Of a DNA stretch of 64,000 bases, positions 16,520 to 28,400 are shown piece by piece. The stretch lies in the NCBI GenBank assembly GCA_017999675.1, contig JAGNLL010000002.1, positions 66,918 to 130,917 of the forward strand, written 5' to 3'. Origin of the DNA: Rickettsiales bacterium. GTDB taxonomy: Bacteria > Pseudomonadota > Alphaproteobacteria > Rickettsiales > UBA1997. The notes beneath the pieces were generated by a model. It was given only the letters and a program-made list of their open reading frames with translations. It was not told the origin of the DNA and did not search any database. Position 1 is the stretch's first letter. Each line of letters begins with the position of its first letter. Made by a program: the position numbers and the translations under genes.

Positions 16520-17128
16520 ATGCAAATCAGAGTAATCGGTGCAGGAATGGACGTTGGACAAGCTCTAACCCAGTTTGTTGAAGAGCATTTGGAAAAATCG
16601 GTGACTAAATATTTTGACACGGCAATTGAAGCCGAGGTGCATTTTTCTAAAAATGGCCACATGTTTAAAGCCTTGGTAATGGTTAACGAAGGCATGAAAG
16701 GCGGCATTGCAGTAAAAAGTGATGCTGAAGCCGGAGACGTTTACGCCTGCTTTAATGAAGCTTGCAGCAAAGTGACCAAACAATTGCAGCGCTACAAAAG
16801 CAGAATCAAAAATTACCGCAGAATTGGCGGTGGGTTAAAATCGGTTGAGCCAAACTACCAAGCATTAGACGCAATGAAATACATCCTTCCACCAGTGGCC
16901 TACGATGTTTTCGGAGAAATGGAAAGTGAAGAAAAAGTCGAACAATCGCTAAATGTGATTAACGAAAAAACTACCAACATTGAAGAATTGACAGTTGAAG
17001 AAGCGATCATGAAAATGGACCTAGCTGATCTTCCAGCTTTGGTTTTTACCAATAAGAACAACAAAAGAATAAACGTGGTCTACCACAGAAAAGACGGAAA
17101 TATTTCTTGGATCGATCCACAAGTTTAA
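16520..17128 (+). CDS. hpf: ribosome hibernation promoting factor, long form
   Basis: 202 aa. It has an N-terminal RaiA/HPF domain (MQIRVIG..., ALTQFVEEHLEK, HFSKNGHMFKA) and a C-terminal dimerisation domain (PALVFTNKNNKRINVVYHRKDGNISWIDP). Confidence 0.85.
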   Translation: MQIRVIGAGMDVGQALTQFVEEHLEKSVTKYFDTAIEAEVHFSKNGHMFKALVMVNEGMKGGIAVKSDAEAGDVYACFNEACSKVTKQLQRYKSRIKNYRRIGGGLKSVEPNYQALDAMKYILPPVAYDVFGEMESEEKVEQSLNVINEKTTNIEELTVEEAIMKMDLADLPALVFTNKNNKRINVVYHRKDGNISWIDPQV

Positions 17129-17175
17129 CGAAATAATATCAATTTAAAGCAGGCACCAAAGGGGGTAAAGTTGCA

Positions 17176-17370
17176 ATGGACGTTACAGTTCACGGTCGTG
17201 GTAATCTAGAAATGGCGATTCGCGCTTTCAGAAAAAAAACCCAAAGAGAGGGTTTGGTGAAAGAAGCCAGAAGAAGAAAAGCTTTCGAAAAGCCTTCTGA
17301 AAAAGTTAAAAGAAGAGCAGAAGAAAGTATCGCAAGAAAGAAAAAAGCCCGCAGAGGCGAAAACCACTAG
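17176..17370 (+). CDS. rpsU: 30S ribosomal protein S21
   Basis: 64 aa, basic. It contains LEMAIRAFRKKTQREGLVKEARRRKAFEKPSEKVKRR, the S21 pattern. Confidence 0.85.
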   Translation: MDVTVHGRGNLEMAIRAFRKKTQREGLVKEARRRKAFEKPSEKVKRRAEESIARKKKARRGENH

Positions 17371-17389
17371 TTGGTTTGGTTAGAAAAGT

Positions 17390-17419
17390 AGGGGGGCAAA
17401 ATTGCCTCCCTATTTTTTT
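17390..17419 (+). terminator. Rho-independent terminator after rpsU
   Basis: Stem aggggggc/gcctccct, loop aaaatt, followed by ATTTTTTTG. Confidence 0.6.
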
Positions 17420-17437
17420 GTTAAGATCAATTTTTCC

Positions 17438-17539
17438 TAGGTCCCCGAGCAAAGGACGAAGTCCGTCGTCGAGGGGCCTGAAACGAGTACTGTCTTCGGG
17501 CCCCTCGACGACGGACTTCGTCCTTTGCTCGGGGACCTA
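17438..17539. repeat. Family B long palindromic element, copy B1 (102 bp)
   Basis: taggtccccgagcaaaggacgaagtccgtcgtcgaggggcc (41 nt) is mirrored perfectly at 17499-17539, with a 20-nt centre. It ends 22 nt upstream of the next ATG. Confidence 0.9.
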
Positions 17540-17561
17540 AAAAGTATTTCTCTTCCTCAAA

Positions 17562-19544
17562 ATGAAACTCAGTCACAAAGACAAATCCCTCTTACTTTTT
17601 GTAGCCGCCATTCTTGTTGTTTTGTGGGCGATTTTCTCGTTTTTTTCGAACATTTTTTTCGCTGCAACTTTTAACATTTCTGACGTCAAAAAATTGTCAG
17701 TTTCGCAAAGCGAAAAATGGCTAAATGTTTCGCGCCCCCTAGAAATTTCTGATCTAAAAGGCCGTCTAATTTTGTTAGATTTTTGGTCTTATTCTTGCGT
17801 AAGTTGCATTCAAACTTTGCCCGAAATTAAAAAACTCGAAGAGCAATTTGGCAGCAAGCTCACCGTAATTGGCGTGCATTCGGGCCAATTCGAAAATGAA
17901 AAAGACGCCGCCGCAATTAAAAAAGCCGTGCTGCGCTACGACATTACGCATCCAGTAATTAACGATTCTGACCTAAAAATTTGGACTGCTTTTGAAGCCA
18001 CTGCACTTCCAACACTAATGCTAATCAACCCTCACGGCAATGTTGTTGAAACCTACGTGGGTGAAAATGACGTCGAAAAAATCAAAGCCGACGTCAAAAG
18101 ATTAATTTCAAAATACAAATTTCAAATCAACCGCGATCCTTTGCCGGTGCTGCCTGAAAAGTACAACACCATTGGCAATGTTTTGAATTTTCCAAGCAAG
18201 TTAGAATACGCGTCAGACTTCAAATACAAAACGCGCCAATTGCCGGCAATTTTTATTTCAAACTCGGGCCAAAATAACATTGTAGTTAGCTCACTTTCGG
18301 GAGAAATGATTGTTAAAATTGGCTCAGGCCAAAAGGGCTTAGAAGACGGCAGCTTCGACGTGGCTTCTTTTAACGCACCGCAAGGAATGGCCTACAAAAA
18401 CGGCAAACTTTACGTGGCCGATTTTGGCAACAACGCCATTCGCGAAATCGATTTTAAAGAAGGTAAAGTGACAACCTTAGTTGGCTCGGGCCTGCGCGGC
18501 GACGTATTTGAAAGAGATTTAGACGCAAAAGACGCCAACCTTGCCTCACCAACCGACGTCAAATTTTTCCGCGAAAATTTAGCAATTGCCAATTCAGGCA
18601 CGCACCAAATTTTGTCTTACAATTTAAAAAACCAAACAATCGCAGTGCTTGCGGGCAATGGCTCTAGAGGTGCTGAAGACGGAAAATATCCAGAAAATTC
18701 TCTGGCACAAACCTCCGATTTGTCGGTGTTTGGACGTAAACTTTACTTTGTTGACGCGGCGAGTTCGGCCTTACGCGTTCTTGACGAAAGCAACGAGGTG
18801 CAAACTTTAATTGGCGGTAATTTAGCTAAATCAGGTCACGTTAACGGCGCCAAAGACAGTGCGTTGATGCAACACCCGCTTGGTTTGTTGGTTGACGACA
18901 CCGGGGCTTACATTTCTGACAGCTACAATCACAAAATTCGTAAATACGATTTTTCTTCAAAACAAATTCACGATTTAGTCGGCAAAAAACGCGGCGACAA
19001 TTTGGGCTCAAGTAGCGCCACAGAGTTTGACGAGCCAGAAGGAATGATTGCAGTTTTAGACCGCTTTTATTTGGCCGACACCAACAACAACCGCATTTTA
19101 ATGCTTAGCCGCGGCAGCTTTAATTCTGAGCTGCTCGACGTAATGCCGCCTTTAAAATTGCCGCGCGAGGGCTTTTTAGAATATTTGCCAAATCTACAAA
19201 AATCGGAAGAAGCGAAAGTAAAAGCCGACGCTGAAATTGTGATTAAAATTGATTTGAAAGGTGGCTGGAAAATCAACGAAGAGGGCCCAAGTTTTGTCAA
19301 TTTGCTTGAGTTGGTAAAAGACGACAAAGCTAACTTGGTTGCCAGTTTTGACTGGAGCGCCGTAAAAGAAAAAGAAATGAAATTGCCCAAATTAAAAAGC
19401 GGCAAAGACTACATTTTGCAAGGCTCAATCTACTACTGCGAAACCAAGCAAAACGCGCTTTGCTACATTAAAAGTTACGAGCAAAAAATTGTGGTAGATT
19501 CGGGTGAGGCGGGTAGTGAGATTTTGATTAAGTTGGGGAATTAG
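17562..19544 (+). CDS. membrane-anchored thioredoxin-fold (redoxin) protein with NHL repeats
   Basis: 660 aa. It has an N-terminal TM helix, a redoxin motif LLDFWSYSCVSCIQTLPEIKKL and repeated NHL-type blades (YVADFGNNAIREI, FVDAASSALRVL, YISDSYNHKIRKY, YLADTNNNRILML). Confidence 0.75.
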   Translation: MKLSHKDKSLLLFVAAILVVLWAIFSFFSNIFFAATFNISDVKKLSVSQSEKWLNVSRPLEISDLKGRLILLDFWSYSCVSCIQTLPEIKKLEEQFGSKLTVIGVHSGQFENEKDAAAIKKAVLRYDITHPVINDSDLKIWTAFEATALPTLMLINPHGNVVETYVGENDVEKIKADVKRLISKYKFQINRDPLPVLPEKYNTIGNVLNFPSKLEYASDFKYKTRQLPAIFISNSGQNNIVVSSLSGEMIVKIGSGQKGLEDGSFDVASFNAPQGMAYKNGKLYVADFGNNAIREIDFKEGKVTTLVGSGLRGDVFERDLDAKDANLASPTDVKFFRENLAIANSGTHQILSYNLKNQTIAVLAGNGSRGAEDGKYPENSLAQTSDLSVFGRKLYFVDAASSALRVLDESNEVQTLIGGNLAKSGHVNGAKDSALMQHPLGLLVDDTGAYISDSYNHKIRKYDFSSKQIHDLVGKKRGDNLGSSSATEFDEPEGMIAVLDRFYLADTNNNRILMLSRGSFNSELLDVMPPLKLPREGFLEYLPNLQKSEEAKVKADAEIVIKIDLKGGWKINEEGPSFVNLLELVKDDKANLVASFDWSAVKEKEMKLPKLKSGKDYILQGSIYYCETKQNALCYIKSYEQKIVVDSGEAGSEILIKLGN

Positions 19545-19571
19545 CTTTTTCTTCAAGTGGATTTCCTGAGC

Positions 19572-19660
19572 TGGACTGGGTTTGCAACCCAGTCCACAAG
19601 TTCATTTGTTAACTTTAAATTTGAACTTAAATGTGAGGACGGGATTACAAATCCCGTCCT
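19572..19660 (+). other. Two similar perfect hairpins (11-bp stem, 3-nt loop) downstream of the redoxin-NHL gene
   Basis: tggactgggtt-tgc-aacccagtcca lies at 19572-19596 and aggacgggatt-aca-aatcccgtcct at 19636-19660. Neither is followed by a T-tract. Confidence 0.5.
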
Positions 19661-19711
19661 GCCTTTGTTGCCGCTTTCCCCCTCTTCTCAAGTCAGCAAA
19701 ATCAGCACTAA

Positions 19712-22327
<2,616 letters not shown>

Positions 22328-22351
22328 ATTCCAATTCATTTTGAATAATAA

Positions 22352-22393
22352 AACCCGCCTTCTTAACGCTCTAAGCGTCAAGAATGGCGGGTT
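22352..22393. terminator. Bidirectional terminator between convergent gyrB and the giant ORF
   Basis: Long stem aacccgccttcttaacgct / agcgtcaagaa(t)ggcgggtt, flanked by an A-rich left side and TTTTTTG on the right. Confidence 0.7.
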
Positions 22394-22403
22394 TTTTGTT
22401 GTG

Positions 22404-25400
22404 CTATTTTCCTTTTCCAATCCAAGAAGATAAGCGAGAAATAAGATTCTTAGGTTCTGGGGAGGTTGAAGGTGTTTCCGCGTCTAATTCTGGATGTATT
22501 TTTGCGTAAGTAACTTTCGCTTTTCTCTTAAAGGGGTTTCTTAGGACCGGTCCCCTTGACGCGGAGGCTTCAACTGTTCTTGCCTCAGGAGCAGGTTCAG
22601 ATTTTGTGGTTTTTGCGGTAGGGGCTGCATTTTTTGGACGGTTTCTTCTTGCTGCTCTTACAGCTATTTCTTCTTCGAAGTCAGAGTCAGAAGAAGATTG
22701 TGTGTCTGTTAATTTTTCCCTTACCGATTCTAGCTCAGGGTTATTTGCTACTGCAGGTGGATCAAAAGTTCTTACCTCTGAATGCTGAGGTTTAGTATTG
22801 GTAGTGGGAGGAGGTAGCAATTGATCATTTGTAACTTCTTTTGTCGTAGTTACTACTTGAGGTTCCTTCAAAGCAAGCTCCTTCTCAGCATCCATTTTGG
22901 CCTTCTCTTCAGCAACTCTTCTAGCTCTCTCTTCAGCAGCAATTTTATCCTGAGCAGCTCTTATTTCAGATCTCTTAGCATCCTCTTCAGCAACTTTTTC
23001 TAAAATACTTTTTAGAGAAGCGCTTAGTTTTTCCTGATTAATTCCTGCTAAAGATTGTGTTAACTCAACGTAAGCCGGTAAAATTTCTGCTAAATTTTTC
23101 TTCAGCATTCGCAGATTTAAATGCGAGCCATTCTTTGCGTGTAAACATTCTTTAAAATCTTTGGCAATGTTTTGCGCAATGCTTGGGTCTAATTCCTCTC
23201 CCAACCAATGAGTTACAATTTTAGTCAGATCTTCAACTGAATATTCTCTCAAATTCTTCACGCGAGGTTGAGTTGTTCTGTGAAGTAGAGCAGGGCTAAT
23301 CAGAGATCGGCCTTCCAACCCAGCAGAGTTAACGCTGGAAACTAGGGTGAATCCTGGCTTGTGAGCTCTTGCTATTTTGTCTTTGTCTTCATTTCCGTCT
23401 GGATGCTCTCCGGTCAGTGCAGCGTTTAAGATTTTTTCCAATCCGTCGTCAATGCAGCTGTTAATCTCGTCAATCCAAACAATGTTTCCTTGCTCAAAAG
23501 CTTTGACGATTATTTCTCTTTTTTTGTCGAGTGGCAGGTTGGCGTCAATTTTGTAGTAGCGTTGTTTTTCTCCAAAATCTTCTTCGCCAAGTTTTATTTC
23601 TGTGACTCCTTTGCTTGCGAAAACTGCTTCAATCAAAACACTTTTACCAACTCCCGAATCTCCTTCAAGAATCACGCCATTCAAGCCGCAAGCGTGATTT
23701 GGCAATTCGCCATTTCTTTGTTTTTGTCGGATGCTGAGAGAGAGGTTGAGAGCTTCTTCAACTTCTTTGGTGGCATTGGTCGAAATAAAATTAGCAGTTT
23801 TAATCTCTGCTATTTCTGACGCTGTTGTTGCGGCTTCAATGAAACGCAAAGTTTTTTCTTGAAGCTCGCGAACTGTTTCGTCGTTGGCCTCACTAGATTT
23901 CTTTTTAGAATTTGCTGCTTGGTATTCTTCAATCAGCTTTTGAGATGCTTCTTTAAAAACTGATTCAGGAAGTTGTGATTTAGTTTCTTCACCCAACTGG
24001 TCGTAAATCGCTTCTTTAAGAATTTTTTCGTAAATGTAACTCGCCGGAAAATCTCTCAAATAAATTGCTGGAATTTCTCCGTCTTCAAAAAGTTTTTGCT
24101 CAAACCTGCCGCCGCCGTATTCAACTGGGTTGCAGGCAAAAACTACTTTGTGATTTTCGCCAAGATCAAAGAATTTTCCTTGGTAAAAAAGTCTTTGCTC
24201 GCCGCCATTTTTAAGCGGAGAGAACATTGTAAAGTGGCGGTCTTCAATGTTGGATTCGTCAATGAAGAGAATTTTTCTTTTGCCACTTTTGTCATTTGCC
24301 CAACCTGCAAAATCTTTTAAGTCGCGGTAAACTGAAGTTGTCTCTTTGTCATTTTCTTCAAACTCACACAACAATCTACTTTTGCCCACGCCGCTGTGGC
24401 CAATGAGGCGAAGCATGTTTTGGCTTGCGAGAGTTTTGGAAAAATTCTTTTTACGGTCGGCAATAAATTGATCTGATTTGGTTTTGCTGTCTGCTAAATC
24501 GTGAGAAGTGTCAACTATTTCAGAAAAAACTAATTCAGTTGCAGGAGAAGATTTTTGACTAATCTCAAAGCTTCTAACCTCGTAATCTTTTGGCGCTAAC
24601 CACTGCATTGACTTAGGTGCTGTGCCAGTTCGGCAAGCTTTGTCTTCAACGATTAAAATTAAATTCTTACCAGCTTCAGTAACCAAAATTGGCTCAAGCA
24701 TTTGCAAAAGATCAGTCGAGAACTCGCCTTTCAAAACGATTTTTTTCCCTTCTTTTAAGCGAGCTAAAAATTCACTTTCAGTTTTCTTAAAATTCTTAAA
24801 GCCGCTTGGGGTGGTTTCAAAATCGATTCTCTCAATCAAGTCTTGGTAGTTGAAATCTTCAACGTCAACAACAGCAAAAGGCTTAATTGGATCTTCGCTA
24901 ATAGATTCACTTCCATCTTTTTCGTAGGGATCTTGTGTGATTTCCACCAGAGTTTTGTCGCAATCATTGCTGACGAAAATTTGAGCCGTGACTTGTGTTG
25001 ATCCAACAAAAGTTTCTTCCTTTTCAAATGGCACTTCTGGTGACGAGAATGCAACTCCTGCCGGCACTTTTACTTGCGGTGCCAATGCAAGGTTAAGAAT
25101 GACACTGTGCTTTTGCGCCTCATTAAATAAGCAGTACCACTGACCGTCGGAAAGTTTGGAAGAAATAAAAAGGTTCAGAATTGGACTTTCTGAATCTGCG
25201 GCTCTTTTAATCAAACCGTCTCTTTCAAAATATTTGCCCTCCGCAATTTCTTTGCCGCAAATTACAAAATCAAAAATCTGGGTGTTGATTATTTCTGTGT
25301 CGGGAGGGCTTTGAGCAAAAGTGACATTTTCTAAAATTAAAACTCGTCCTGCTTCAGAAAATTTATCAAATTTAAAAGTGTTGTCGTCGCAACTAATTTG

Positions 25401-28400
25401 GGCATTCTCTGGCAAAATAATTTCGTGCCCGTGGTAAATAAATTTTCCCACAGCTTGGGCTTTTTTGAACTCAGCTCGCAATTCACGCGCTGCTTGGGGC
25501 GACAAATTTACAATGTCAAAATTGCTTTTTCCTGCCTCAAGCGCCAAAACAAATTCACTTTTTTGCCAAACCATTTCTTCGCCAACTAACACAACTTTTC
25601 CAAAAAGATTGCGGCGCCAGTTAGGAAATCCTTGCAGGTCGATTGCGGTTTTTTCGTCTAAATTTTCGACTCTTGGGTGAGGTAATTCTGCTTTCGATTC
25701 CAAAGCTAAATCGTGACGCGACCTAAAAGACCAGTCTTGCGAAGCGCTGGAAGAAAGGCTTAGAATCTGAATTGAATCGTCGATTAATTCGCCGTTAATT
25801 CTTCTGCTTTCGTCAATTGCAGTGTTAAGTGCAGCTTTTTGTTTGGTAGAAAAAGCGTTCCAATTAATTACCAGAAGAGGTCGTGGATCTGGATTTTCTG
25901 CTGCTCTTTTTAAGAAATCAGACAGCAAACCTTCCGCGCTTAAAATTGGTTGTTCACCGCCTGCAATTAAAAGATTAGTGCGGTGAAGGTCAATTTTGCT
26001 GGGCCCGTCAATGTAAAAAGTTGGACGGCCTTTTGCTGTTGCCTCACTTAAAAAGAAATTGGCGTGATTTTCTGCGTTGCTGGTGACAACTAAAATTTTG
26101 CTTTTGTCGCTTGAGACAATTTTTTCTTTTAGAGTTTCTGGGTTGCTAATTTCTTCTAGCTTGGAAATTGACAAAAATCTGTCTTCAAGAGCTTTTTTAG
26201 CGGCTTGTCTGGCGCGCTCTAAGGCTTTCACTTCTTCTTGAATTTTACTTAAATCAGTTTGCAAACCTGACGGAAGTGGTTGTTGCAATTCTTCTGCTGG
26301 TTGAAGAGATTTAATTTGATCTAGCAAGTTAGACAAATCTTCTTGCTTGCTTGAAGCAGCACCAGCATCTGGTTCGAGCTGCGCTGCAACTTTTCGATCT
26401 GGTTCTGGTTGCGTTACAACTGCACTTCCCGCGTATTTTTCATCCTTACTTAAATTAACCTCAGTGCCCGCTCCGCCGCCAAGATCAACCTTAATCCACT
26501 TGCTGCCATTTTTGATTTCTAAAACAACGTGGTTGTTGTTGATGCTCGTTATTCTGAAATCTTTTGGATCTAAGCCACTTTCTAAAAGTTTAAATTCTAC
26601 AGCGACAACTCGGTGACGACAAACTCCAGATCTTTCTTCAAACATTCGGCGCATTGAGCCTTGGTGGTCAGCAGCGTCGTATTTTACGTCCTCTTTTTCT
26701 GGGCTAGCAAGTTCTCTAAAGCCTTTTTTAGGATTGCGGTATTCGTCAATTATTTGTCTGATTGGTCCCGACAAAGATTTGTAAGAGGCAAGGTCTAAGT
26801 CTGGATGTGGTGCTGCCACCACGTAAGTAAATTCGCGGTCTCTTGTGGAAGTGACGTAGTAAAAATCGTCGTCGCCACGTTTAATTGTGATTCCGCTTTT
26901 GTCGCCAAGAACTCCAACAAATTCTTCTGAGGCGCTTGCAGAAGGCAGGCGGAATGTTGAGTCGGCGAATAATTGCTGACTAAATTTGTAGTAAATTTTT
27001 GCCGACCCACTTTTTTTAAAATCTTCAATTTTGCTTTGAGGTAGCGATTCGAAATGTTCAAGTTTGGAAAATTTCTGCGCGGTGTATTCGTGCTGCTCAA
27101 GGCTTGTGGCAATTTCGGTTTTAATAATTGCGGTGCGAATTTGGGCCTGTGGCAAGCCAGGATTATTCAAAATTTCTCCGGCCAAAGCCATTTGGAAAGT
27201 TTGATCTGCTTTTGAATTTTCAACGCTAATTGTTGAGGCTGACTCGCCCTGAGCCAGACGAATTTCGTTTGGATTTGTTCTGGAAGGGGGTTGTTGTGAT
27301 TGGTCGGTTTGCGGTGATTCCTTTGCCTGTTTTAATAATAATAACTCCATTAAATCATCAGATCCTGAAGTGTATTTTACTGGCGCACCTTCTTTACCGC
27401 GATTAAACCTACGCGTTGCTTCGTCTCGAGCGTCACGCTCTGCTCTCCGCGCATCCACTTTTCTTTTTGTTTCAGCAACGCGATTAAACCTACGCATTGC
27501 TTCGTATCGAGCGTCAGGCTCTGCTCTCTCCGCATCCATTTTTCTTTTTCTTTCAGCAAGAAACAAATCTTCTCTTTCAATCGCGTCGGCAATTCCTAAA
27601 TAATTTTCGTAATCAAAAAATTCGAATGAAACAGCTTCGCCAAAAATTTCTCTAACTACCGACTCAGTTTCTTGATTTTCTTTTTTTGATTTTGCGGGCA
27701 ACACCAAATGTTTTAGTGGTGCACGGTCTTTGAATAAAGGTAGAAATCTTCGGCATTGATCTGCGGTCACTTGGCTTGGAAGTCGCATTACGGCCAATTC
27801 CGAAAATGCTCCCGATTCAGCTGCTGCGGCAATTTTTTCAACATTTGCTAAATCGGCATTTAAAAAATCAGCGTAAGTGGGTTTTGTTTGTGCCGCTGTT
27901 AGTGAAGGGTCAATTGCATGAACTTCTTCTTCAGTAAGTCTTGGTTTTTGAAGGCCGCCTTTTTTTTGTAAGGCTTGGCTTTGTGAAGCAATGTTTAAAG
28001 TTTCTCTCGATCTTTTGTTCAAAAAAATGTAGGCAAGTGGAGTTTCTAAATTGCCGAGATCTCTTATTTTGCTTTTTAACAGCTCTTCATTTTCTTTTGA
28101 GGCGTCAAATTGTATTTGATCCCTAATCTCTCGAATTGAGTTAAAGTCTTGTTTGGGGGCAATGATTGCTTCGGCAATTTGCGAGGGTTTAAATTCGGTA
28201 ATCTCAAGAAAGCTGTCAATTTTGACAAAAGTTCTAGGATCAGTCGCTAATCCCCAAAAGGGTCGTTCAGCTGCCTTTGCCTCTGCAGATTTTCTTAGAA
28301 TATCGATGTCGTGTTGCAGCAAATTCCGTTTAAGATCTCTTAAATTCTCGCGAATAGCCGTTAGTAATTCTCTTGACAAAACCCCTTCGTCATCTGCCAT

